Shown: positions 53,178 through 64,000 of the stretch, one piece after another | Position numbering within the stretch: position 1 is the first letter of the stretch | Layout: every line of letters begins with the position of its first letter | DNA from: the human T2T-CHM13v2.0 reference genome, Homo sapiens | Reading direction: 5' to 3' (one strand) | NCBI RefSeq assembly: GCF_009914755.1 | Contig: NC_060944.1 | Length of the DNA stretch: 64,000 bases | Notes under the pieces: model-generated | Database searches by the model: none | What the model was told of the DNA's origin: nothing | Seen by the model: the letters and a program-made list of their open reading frames with translations, nothing else | Position numbers and translations under genes: made by a program

Positions 53178-54490
53178 TATGTGTAGCAAAAGATAGGTTA
53201 ATATTTCATGTTTATGCCTGCTTTGGGAGAAAGAACTGTAATGATTTTAAGAGGAACTCCACTTATCCCACAAACCAAATTTTAGGAACTATGCTTCCTT
53301 CCTTGCATTGGAAAGCAACTTCCAATTAAATGCCAACTCTGGTTTATGGTTTAAACATCAATAATAATTGTATCATTAGAATGGAGACCTGGAGTTCTCA
53401 TTGTCACATTCCACATGGAGCTCTCATTGGGAAAAGGGAAGGGCAGTCAGTTTAGGAGTATTTACAAAGTAGAATCCGTATTTTAAATGACACTATTGGT
53501 GGGAGAATAGAAACAAGGAGAAGCGAATTCAGATCTGGAAAACTAATCAGATTCTAAGACAGAGCCTCAAAACTGGACAGTCAAAAGAAACTTGCAGAGG
53601 TTAGCTTCTAGGAGGAGACAAATAATTCAGAAGATCAAATCAAGGCTGTGTGTTAGTTTGAGTCTTGATACAAAACAAGTAACTTCAAAATAGTTCAAGT
53701 CTGAAATTCAGAAGAATATGGGCTTCACCAATGTGTACTTGTCAACCCCCTAGTGAATAATATTTCTGTTATATTTAATGACCATTGGGCCTGACTCATG
53801 AATTTGATGGTAAGCAGGGTAGGCTTGTGGCCTCGGGTATTTTTAAGCATATAAGCAGAAAGGGGGAATATGTAAGGTAGAAAAAGGACATGAATTTTAT
53901 AATAAAAATAGCATGAGTGTTTAGTGGATGGAGTTTAGGTATCTCTATGGAATACAGAGTTAAACAGATTACCATATGTTTCCTTCAGGAGCATTTGAAA
54001 AATGAAGACCAAATGTGTTTTACAGAATGATGTTCTTCATAATGCAGATAGCCACTGATTTGAAGCTGCAGCTAAAATAAATATGATACCTTTTGAGTGC
54101 TATTCACAGACACTAGTGACCTATCAATTTCCCTATCTTGGGAAAAGCGAACTGGAGGATGACAGCTCACTCCCAGAAGAGTGGTTGATATATGTTAAGT
54201 GGCTGTGTCTCTGCTTCTGATTATTAATTGTGGCTAATATTGAGAAAGAAGATGTCCCCAGACTATGCAGATGCTTCTCGGAATGGGGATGTCTTCAGGC
54301 ATAGTGGGAAGAGGCGCTGCGATAGTCAGAACTTCCAGATCTGGTTTCCAGTTGTGCTGATAAACCTTGAGGCCAAGCAAGCTTAAACTTCCGAGACTCT
54401 CCCATTTCAGGCCCTGGGAGGGTGCTACCAATGTGTTGTCATGGTTATATGTATCTCTAAAAGCTGTAAAGCATAATGTTTTATGCTTAA

Positions 54491-54711
54491 CCTGCTGCTC
54501 CCCACATAAACCTATCCTCAACTCACCTTTCCAGGAACTGGATCTTAAAATGCCAGTGGCCATTCTGGTTAAGATGCTACATTTTCCCACTCTTACTTCC
54601 CCTCCACAATACTTCTCTTTGAATTAGATGGCATTAGAATGGCCACTGGCATTTTAAGATCCAGTTCCTGGAAAGGTGAGTTGAGGGTAGGTTTATATGG
54701 GGAGCAGCAGG
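54491..54711. repeat. Inverted repeat: 76-bp arms (74/76 complementary), 69-nt spacer
   Basis: 54491-54566 is the reverse complement of 54636-54711 with two mismatches. Confidence 0.97.
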
Positions 54712-55289
54712 ATATATACATGTGGTGGTCCATCACTTTCATTTATGGTTAAGGTAATGCTAGTATCCTGGTATAGGAATGACTTCTAGGAACTCTCATG
54801 CACCCACTAGGCCTATGAAGCCAATGCTGCAGTGGGCAGGTGCAGGGCCAGTGGAAGTACAGCAATATAAACACATCCTAAGGTGTCTGTACTGTCAATG
54901 GGAAGTAGAGTAGAAAAAGAGTTTGGCATAAAAGGAGCAGAAAGCTAGCCTGCTGACAATTCTTCTAAAGATCAGATATGTGTGCCCTTGTAAGTGGAGG
55001 ATTTGATTCTCATCAACACTTAGCTAAATTGGAAGTTCTCTCCTCTCTAGAGTATACTCATTAATGCAGAATGCACAATTATAAATGTACCACATATTAT
55101 TTTTCTTTTTTGATGGAAATTTAAAAAATTATCATAATTCCACTGTTTAAATTTCTTGCTGATTTGACACAGAATACTAACATAGATGAAGATAACATAA
55201 AACTCATAATACACCATTAAGTAAGTGTATAAGTGACAAACTGGTAACTGGGGATCCTTAATTCAAAGCGTGTTTAAGATTAGTCACTA

Positions 55290-55809
55290 CACAAAAAAGC
55301 TTGAAACTTCCCTGAAATTCTGCAGCTCATGTATGAAAGAAATTTGATAGAGGCTTTCCCAAATTTGACAATTCTAAAAATGTTTATGACATTACCAATA
55401 ATGTGTTATAGAGTTCACATAAATATTTGTAAACTATCAATAATAGAAAAGGTTTTGATCAACCATGCTAGGGGAAAAGACTAGAATTTTTTTTTTATTT
55501 TCTCTATAGAAAAATATTTTATAAAATCTTTGTCACGAAGAGGTGATCAAAGAGTATAAAACAAAAAATGTCAGAAAAATATTTTAGAATGTCAGGCAGT
55601 TAATAAAATATGAAGTTAGTTTTCTAGATTGTGTGATGTTTGTGGTTTGTTAGCTTTTTAAAATTTGTGATTTGTCTTGATTTATTTTCTCATTTCAAAT
55701 AAATATTCACTTTCTTATCTAATTTTGTATCCATAATTTTGATTCCTTTTTTAAAGGAGAATCCAAACTGAATAAGGTTTAGAATCAACAAAAGCTGAAT
55801 CTTGCCCTG
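55290..55809 (+). mobile_element. hAT (Tip100/Arthur-like) transposon 3' end with transposase C-terminal remnant
   Basis: From 55314: EILQLMYERNLIEAFPNLTILKMFMTLPI, then frameshifted STMLGE / RL...IFSIE / EEVIKEY; terminus AATCTTGCCCTG. Confidence 0.7.
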
Positions 55810-57109
55810 CAGCTCTGTGACACTGAACACTTCATCTGTATTGGCCTCTGTTCTCTTACGTGTAAAATGGGAGGTAATAACACCAGCAGGGTGATTGGGA
55901 AGAGAGCACTACAAGAATAAATCACCAGAAAGGACTTGTATAACGACATTTTTATGCAAATATGTAGACTCTATGCAGAGTCTACAAAGGCTCTGGACTA
56001 TACTGAAGGTGTCAGGTACCTTATCCCCAATAATGCTGCTCAACATCAAGGGAGAACTTGCTAACCCATCCATATGAGTCTTTCTGCATTGACCACCATA
56101 GGGTCATCTTTCCTGGGTGTCAGGAAATTGAGTTGGAAGAGATGGGGAGAGAATTACTTGGTAGTTGTCTGGAAGTTCTCCATCCTTCTTCATCTTGTCC
56201 CATTTTGCATTTTTCTAAAAATAGAAGACAGGAGGGAGCCTGAAGTCACACCCCTGCTGCTTCTGTGTTTTCTTCTGGAAAGTAGTCATGGAAAATTGGG
56301 GTTCCCATGGTCATGTTAAAAGCGATCCCAGTATCCAGACTCTGGTTTGTGGTGTGAAAGGCAGAGTACACAGCATCTTTCTTTTTGACAGTTACAAATG
56401 TTGCAGGCACAAAGTGGCTCTGGGGTCGCTCACTGTAGAAGCAGCTTCTTAATCCTGAATCAGGAAGTGTTCTTGAGGCCATAGTGTCGCAGTGGCAGCT
56501 TCCTGATTCACCATATTTCTGATGTTTGCAGAGCTCAGAGTTTCCTAGTGGGCCATTTCTGCCATACTTTTCCACTCACTCCTAGAGGTGATTTTTCAGG
56601 CCTTCCAGCAATGATTAGGTGCCCCAGTACATTAAATATTCTCTGCATCCAAATCTTACTGATGCAGGATGGTGAGCTGATAGTTTTAAAGCAGCTGCAA
56701 GGGAAATTCCCCTACCATGTTGCAAAGTGAAGAGAATCAGAAAGTTAATTCCATTCAAACACGGAGAATCAGAAAGTGGCAGGATTACTGATAGGGATTT
56801 GCATTTTGTGGTGAGGAGAGAGCAGCTTTAACTTTCACGATCAAGACTAAATGAGGCCATATCACTGGATACTGGTACAGAAAGCAATGATGACCAGTGA
56901 CCAGAATCCCAATCTCTAGAATGTAAGACTCAACCTCAAGTAAAGGGAGTTTGGGAGACTCCAAATTAATTTTATGCCACCTGATTTAAAAAATGACAAT
57001 GAAATTAAGTTTGGAGACAGAAAAGTAAATGTGTCTTTTTTGCACCCTAAGCATTTGGATTAAGATCAAATCTACTACTGAATAGAAGCCACCAATAGGA
57101 GTGCTTGCA

Positions 57110-57295
57110 GGTGCCAGCCACAGGGCTTGTCAGGCTTTAATGCACTTATTCCACTTACTCTTCATGCCAGCCCAAGGAGGTGGGGCTGTTAGTATTCCCA
57201 TTTGATACATGGACAAAAGGGAGGCTCAGAGAAAGTAAGTTACCTGACTGCCCACCTCAAGGGGGCGCCAATCAGAATTCAGGCTTAGGATTTGC
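57110..57295 (-). mobile_element. MIR SINE
   Basis: ATTCCCATTTGATACATGGACAAAAGGGAGGCTCAGAGAAAGTAAGT. Confidence 0.65.
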
Positions 57296-57553
57296 ATAGG
57301 GGGAGCATCACAAGTGGATGACGAATTATGAGAAAAAGACAAAGATTTGGAATGAGAGAGAGGGTTGACTGATTCTTGAACAGTCATATGCAGCATGAGC
57401 CTGTTGCATGGAAAAGGGAGGGAAACTCTAAGAGAATCCAAAAGTGAGAAGAGACTCACGCATCTTTTCTAAGTTAATATGGGATCACCCTCTTCTCTTA
57501 TTCCCCTAGGTCATAATGGCTGCTGTGCCAAACACTTTGCTCCCATCTCCTCC

Positions 57554-57862
57554 CATATTAGTCTGTTTTCATGCTGCTGATAAAGACATACCCGAGGCTG
57601 GGTAATTTATAAAGAAAAAAGGTTTAATAGACTCAAAATTCTATGTGGCTGGGGAGGCCTCACAATCATGATGGAAGGCAAAAGGCACGTCTTACATGGT
57701 GGCAGACAAGAGAGAATGAAAGCCAAGTGAAAGGGGTTTCCCCTTATAAAACCATCAGATCTCATGAGACCTATTCACCACCATGAGAACAACACCACGT
57801 GGGAACTACGGGAGTTACAATTCAAGATGAGATTCCGGTGGGGACACTGCCAAACCATATCA
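57554..57862 (-). mobile_element. THE1B-like solo LTR with small internal deletion
   Basis: TATTAGTCTGTTTTCATGCTGCTGATAAAGACATACC...GCCAAACCATATCA; perfect 5-bp TSD CCTCC. Confidence 0.92.
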
Positions 57863-58282
57863 CCTCCTAGGTAGGTGCTCTGAACAGTCCACAGCAAGTT
57901 GAGTTGTCTAAAATTAAATGGGCTCAGCTCATATTCACTTATTTTCGTCTTAAAAGTGGGCTCAGAGAGATGCTTCCCACCTCAACTGTAGTGGAGAAAA
58001 ACGGGGTATTTTCCCTCGTCATGAACAGCAAACAGATTCATAGGAAGACATCTCCCTCCAAGTGGGGGTCCAGATGGCCACTGCACTACTCTGGGTCAAG
58101 ACATACAAGAAGCAGGCCAAAGACGAGGGTCATTCCCAGCATCCTTCCCAGTTCTGAGTCAGGTGTAGGCCAGGCACTTGCATGGGAGGCTGCCTCTGCC
58201 CTTTGTTGGCTTCTTGGCTCTCTCCTTCACCAGCTCACTCACACCCTGGCTCCTTCACTCTGCTTTGCACTCACTGCCTTAA

Positions 58283-58490
58283 AGCACTGTGGTTAAGAAA
58301 GTGGGCTTCTGGATTTGCATCCTGGCTCAAACACTTATTTGTGACACACCCTTGGACAAAGGTTTCACCTCTCCATATCTGTAAAATGGGATGGTTTTTA
58401 TTCACATGGCTATTGTAATGATGCCATGAGTTAAAACTGGTCAAGTGCTTAAAACAGTGTCTGGAATACAGCAGATGCTCATGAAATCTT
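58283..58490 (+). mobile_element. MIR SINE
   Basis: GTGGTTAAGAAAGTGGGCT...CATATCTGTAAAATGGGAT...AAGTGCTTAAAACAGTGTCTGG. Confidence 0.75.
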
Positions 58491-59304
58491 AGGGTGTTTC
58501 CCTCATTTATTTTAGAACCATATGTTCCCAAGCCTCACTCACTGACATACCAATTTCATGATTTTTGCCACATTCAAGTACCCTCTGTAATAGTACAGTA
58601 TTTGCTTATTATTTTATCTAACTCAAGTTGCTGTAAGTAATCATATCAAGGATAAAAAGGATTTAATATGTGAGTTTAATTTTTTCCAACATCTAGTTCT
58701 TCATTCCTTAGAGACCAAAATTTAAAAGTTAAATTATCTTAGGCATATACCATCAATGGGATGGGAGCTACATTTTAGGAAAAACTTGTGTGAGTAATTG
58801 TTTTCACACTTACTTTTGCTTACTTTATTACTAGTTTATTAATTTACTGATTTCTCTAGTCATTCAATTACTCATTGGGTCACTAATTAATAAAAACATT
58901 TTTCAGAGTCATTTACTGAGGACCCAATGGCTTGTGTCCTGTGACGGATGGAAGCTGGAGGCTTGCAAATACCAACCAGGTAAGTCCTTTCCCTGGGGGT
59001 CCCGATGAGGGAATTGGCCACACAAACAAGCAATTATAGCAGGAGGTTAGGTGTGGCAGAAGATTTGGGAGCCTAGGGGGAGGAGGACTCTTCCTGTTGC
59101 CTAGGGGAGTCTATGCTCCTGCACTCAAATGATTCTCCAGGGCATACACTCAGCCCTTCCCTCTTCATGACGCAATCATCCCGGGTCATTGCCAAGTGGT
59201 GGGAACGTTTATGAGGAAAGTCTTCCGTGTTGAGTTAAACAATGAAGAAAGTACTAGGATTGGATTCTGCCCAAAACGAAGATGCTTCATGCAGTCTTTC
59301 CTTC

Positions 59305-60040
59305 ATCCCTTCCTTTCAATACATATTTACTGAGTACCTACTGTGTGCCTGACACTGAGAATTCAGTCTCTGCCATCATGGAGATTAAAATCTACTGTGG
59401 CAGCCAGGTGTTATGGTACAAACACTCATACAAACAGTAATTTGCTTATAATTGTGACAGTTGCCAGGAGAACATCTATAGTGTTATGAGAGTATGTAGA
59501 AAGCTCCAATTAGATTAGGGAGTTAAGGCTGTCAACTCTGAGAAGGTAAAATTGAAGGAAAGACCCAAAGAATGAGAAGGAGCTTGCCAAGGTGTGTGGG
59601 TGGTGGTGATATAGTAGGGAAAAGCAGTGTTACAGGCAGAGGCATCTCAGCATGTAGAAGGGCTGGACATGGGATGGGCTTGGCAACTTGGAGGAACACA
59701 GCTTTGATGGATATTAGGAAAAGATCTAGAAAGTGGGATACGGAAGATGAAGCTGGGGAAAGATGGTGTTCACGATCACCTGGGACTTTGTAGGCAATAT
59801 ATTGTCTACCTTTATCCTAAGTGCAATGGGAAAAAATATGTGAAGATTTTAGGTAGAGGAGTTTCCCAACTTGATTTACATTGGGGAACTCTCACTCTGA
59901 CTGCAGCATGGAGAACGAATTGGGAAGGGCATGAACCTGAGCTGAATGCCCAAGTCAAGGGTAGGAAAAGTGCAGAAGAGGGCTGATGAAAGTGACGAAG
60001 CAGATGACAAAAATATTCTGAATGGATCCTGTGAATTAAT
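59305..60040 (-). mobile_element. L2 LINE 3' portion
   Basis: ATATTTACTGAGTACCTACTGTGTGCC...TTTATCCTAAGTGCAATGGGAA...CACTCTGACTGCAGCATGGAGAA. Confidence 0.82.
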
Positions 60041-60139
60041 TGCCAAGGTGATGCCCCCGAGACCAAGCAGGAAGAGGGCACTGAGGAAACCAATGTCACA
60101 GTTATATTTAGAGTTTCCCTTGAAGCTCACGCTCTGGAA

Positions 60140-60410
60140 AAAGTATGGGCTCTGGAGCAAAGGAGGCTGAGGTTCATATCCTGCCTTTCTTTCTTTTTTT
60201 TCTTTTTAATTTTTGTGGGTACATAGTAGGTGTATGTATTTATGGGGTATTGTCTGTAGTTATTTTGCAGCTTGACCTTTACCTCTGAATTTGCCCCCAT
60301 TTCTTCATTTACAGAATAGAGATAACAGCACTGCCCTCATAGCGTCACTGTAAGGCTTGAATAAAGAGTCCATGGAAATTCTGGCACATAGTAGGTGCTT
60401 ACTAAAGTGC
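60140..60410 (+). mobile_element. MIR SINE containing a tiny L1 insertion
   Basis: GTATGGGCTCTGGAG...GGTTCATATCCTGC; CTGGCACATAGTAGGTGCTTA. Confidence 0.65.
60186..60250 (-). mobile_element. Severely 5'-truncated L1MA-type 3' end
   Basis: Poly-T then TAATTTTTGTGGGTACATAGTAGGTGTATGTATTTATGGGGTA. Confidence 0.75.
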
Positions 60411-62571
60411 AGTATAGAAGTAGGATTGTTTGTGTTCTTTTTCTCTCTAGATGCCGCAGGGAACCAAGCGTTTTCATCAGTTTTACAACGTATTCTAGAG
60501 AAGCAGCCATAGTGTAAAAATATTCTTTCTGATATGCTGCACATTATAGCAAATGGCATTATTCATGGATGTGTCAAAGCCATAAAATAGGAGATTTTGA
60601 GACGATCACAGCTGTGAATGATTAATATTTTCATCCCAAGATGCCACAGAGGTACCAAGGCTATGTTAATTATTACATGCCTGAGCCTCGTACTGTGGGC
60701 TTCCTCCCCAAGTGCCTGTTAATTTGCTCATATGCTGTGCAGCTGATGGGACTAGAAAACTCTCCACTCAGAACACACAGTGGATCTCTGGCAGTTCCTT
60801 ATGTCCCTAATAACTGCTTTATACTTCTGCGGAAGGAAAAAAAAAATGAACAATCTCCAATCCAACAACAATGATGGGGTTTAAGCAGAAGAGAAACGTT
60901 AGTAGAGAAATGTTTTATCAAAGATAACTTCAGGCTTTTCTTTGTGTTTGCAATTTACTTATCCATTTATTAATATACTTCTGAATATTTTGGATGCTGT
61001 ATTGCAATCACAAATATCTGTACTATCATCTTTCAAATTTTTTTCATTTTTACCAAATTTTAAATTTCTCTGAATTATTTCCCCATTAATATTTAAATGT
61101 ATTTTTACATGTATCAATTGTTTTCTTTAAAACGTACCTGCCTCCCAGATGTAAGGAAAGCAACTCTATCTCTAGGAATATTTGTTTAAGCTTCAATGTT
61201 GTGTGTCTTTATTTTTGAGGAGTTTGATTTCATATATTCACCTTCTAAAACCGTTTTTTAAAACATAGATGGATTTTTTTTTTAAAGCAAGGACCAAGAG
61301 CTGAGTCCTCATCCTCAAGGTAAATTTGTAAATTTCTCTAAACCCTAGTGTGCTCTTATACACTGAATCAATTCCTTCTGCAATTTCCGTAAATCTCTCT
61401 ATTCATACGATCTCACTAGGATCAGTCTCTGTTGAAAAATCTAGTTTAAGCTGCCTGGCAGTCTGAAAAGAGGAAGATCTATTAATTTAATCATTTGTGT
61501 GAATCATGTCTAAATGGTCTCAGCAGAGAAAATGTGTTAGCCATTTAAATCCCATCATTACATATTATATAATAATTACTGCTAATTCTAGTTTGGATGG
61601 GCCACAATTTGGCTTTCCATTCCCTAAATGTGGAGGGTAGGATGACCTCACCGAATTTAGCCTCTGCAGCTTCTAGGCTTTCTCTTGCCTTCCTCATTAC
61701 GAACTTAATAGCCACATTCAGCTCCAAGCGTCCAGTCCCCGTAAGGTCTGTTTTGTGCTCATAATTAGTATTCATTTTGTGATCACCGAGTTCACCCTCA
61801 GCACAGAACGGAGCCTAATGTTAATCACTGCTGTGCCTCCCTCCCTTTGACTCTGATCTGTCAGCATCGTGTGGCTTGTCCCATACCTAATTTTTTGCCC
61901 TTACCAGCCAACAAGCACCTCCACATCGCGCAGTGTCAGAATTAGAAACTTTTGACAGATCTGTAATCATGCAGTTCTCATCAACTCTATGCATGCTAGT
62001 CATTTCATTTCCACATTCGAACAGTTAATATGCCTTAATTTCTCTCACTTTGTGAATATTTAATTCCTCCCTTTTCAACATCATTTTTAGGTTGTGTGAA
62101 TCATTTTCAAAGCCTTTGCTCTGTTCCCGCACTATCATCTGCATATTTTATGAAATGGCACGGTTGAGTCTCGGAGGGCTCTTGATAAAAATGGAACTGG
62201 CAGCCTGCTCATTAGCTGTTTACCTGGAGCTGTGTGAGCCCCCGATAATGGCGAGCTCCCATTTGGATTCGAATTAGGATTCTCTGACGAATCACCACCA
62301 GCAGCTTTCTCCAGGACGTCCGCTCCTCCTCCGGTGCCCCTCTCTCCCCATCGCAGAGAGTTTCCAGGAAACTTGCTTTTGGGGGCTGTCCTAGGGAACG
62401 TTACACCCTGGCATCTGAGGCAGTTTAATTTTTGAAGCGGAGACACAGAAGCTTTAGCAAATTAGCACCTCTAAGGATGGCAAAATTCCCCTGAAAGGAC
62501 ACATTCTGAAGGTCTGGTTGGTTGACCTTCCAGAGCTTTACAGATGCCAGAAGTCAATTCCCTGCTATAAC

Positions 62572-62682
62572 GAGGTGACCAGTTGTCCCACTTTGCCTGG
62601 GACTGCAGATCCCCAGAGCATGAAACTTACCATTTTGAAATCAGGAAAGTTCCAGGCAGTTGAAGATGGGTTGGTCACCTTC
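62572..62682. mobile_element. MER94-like hAT-Blackjack MITE
   Basis: Inverted termini AGGTGACCA / TGGTCACCT; internal TGTCCCACTTTGCCTGGGACTG. Confidence 0.75.
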
Positions 62683-62839
62683 GCTGTAACTCACTTGAGG
62701 GCTTGTATCATGTTGTCAGTCTCTGAAGTAGATGGGAAGATCTTCAGTGGCTTTTACAAACGGGCTGAGCCACTTCTGTGATTTACCAAGAGGACTTAGA
62801 GAAGAGCACAGGCCATAGCCCTGTGGTCTTACAAGGTTG

Positions 62840-62955
62840 GCTTGAAAACCAGAACTGTTTTGATGGACTTATAGCTTGCACTTAAAAATCAGGAAATTCG
62901 TATGTAAAAATGCAGGATTTCTGCCTCTCTTTGAAAACCAAAGACATGGCTCTGC
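62840..62955. mobile_element. MER103-like fragment
   Basis: TTAAAAATCAGGAAATT...AGGATTTCTGCCTCTCTTTGAAAA, reverse of the copy at 13778. Confidence 0.5.
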
Positions 62956-63129
62956 GATGTGCCCATTCTTTTTAGAAATGATTGATCAGTTGGAGCCAAA
63001 CAGGGACTATCCCTTTATATGGGGCATCCGCTTTCCGGTTTTATAACCCTCCCTTTATTGCCCCCAGCTGGATCCATTCATTCTGTGTACCTATTTGGTT
63101 TCAGTTTGCATCTGATTTTGTGCTTCTGG

Positions 63130-63385
63130 ATAGAAGTTGAGAGCACTGGCTTTGCAGTAAGATTCAAGTCTCAGTTCTATTATCTTTTAGCTGCCTGACC
63201 TTGGCCAAGATAAACAAACACACTTGGTCTCAGTTCTCTCACCTGTAACTTGAGAATAATAAAAGTATACTAGTATAGCAATATCTTATTATAAATATTA
63301 CATTAAGTAAGATATGTACATTGAAGAAATGCATATAAATGGCTTAGAATGGGCCTGGATAGTAAGTATTCATTAAAAGTGCTTG
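63130..63385 (+). mobile_element. MIR SINE
   Basis: TAGCTGCCTGACCTTGGCCAAG...TCTCAGTTCTCTCACCTGTAA...GGCTTAGAATGGGCCTGG. Confidence 0.72.
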
Positions 63386-64000
63386 GTTTTTTTCTTCTTA
63401 TTATTTTATTATTATTACCTTTACAGAAAAATGAACTGAAACCCAGAATTCCCTGGTGAGCTACTTAATATATAAATAGACACTATGTGAACACAAAGAA
63501 TAAAAGAATATTACTGGCATTAAAATATTTTGTATTTTATAATGTATCTTGGAACCAAATATTGAGGTATACTCAAAGCAATTCCAGGTGACCACCTGTG
63601 TAATTAATGAGGCAATTGACAAAGCTACAGGAAACAAAACATTCCGTTTTTTATGTACAGATAATCTTGTCTTCCTTTTTGCATTAGTAAATCCTCCAAC
63701 ACCTTTTTGAATTCCATAAACCTATACTTTTTATACAGAGTGAATTCCTTTGTAGTAGAATCTGTTTCCTTAAGATTTCCTCCTGCTGAAATGATTTTAT
63801 CCTATAGCAGCCTTGTGTTACTGGGGATTTTATGGCCAGGCAAAAGTGATGTACTATTAATACCTTGGATTTACACAGCAATTGTTCTTTTGAATAGTGC
63901 AGAGGTACTAGACGATTCTCAAATATATGGTATTTGATATTAATGAGGAAGATGTTATACCACAGGAAACAATTGTTTATTTTTTTAATGTTTCCCCCTT

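Overview
Primate, most likely human, non-coding genomic DNA (intergenic or deep intronic). I find no credible protein-coding exon, structural RNA gene, CpG island or CRISPR array. The supplied ORFs come from Alu, LTR and microsatellite sequence or from chance. Much of the window is a layered fossil record of transposable elements: a solo ERV9/LTR12 with a 4-bp TSD, about 10 Alus (J, S and Y-like), THE1/MST/MLT1 MaLR LTRs, many MIR and L2 fragments, old L1M pieces, and DNA transposons (MER1A, MER20, MER53, MER58, MER94, MER103, Tigger3, a hAT transposase remnant). Between them lie several repeat-free, motif-rich blocks that look like enhancers. The most unusual signals are three local fold-back structures that known repeats do not explain: a 76-bp near-perfect inverted repeat (54491-54711), a ~230-bp inverted duplication spanning a MER20 end plus unique flank (34917-36118), and a 28-bp hairpin minisatellite apparently copied in inversion from its own flank (37851-38052). 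Repeat family names come from my recollection of consensus sequences, and boundaries without a TSD are approximate. I cannot name the locus and cannot support a claim of a new biological system.
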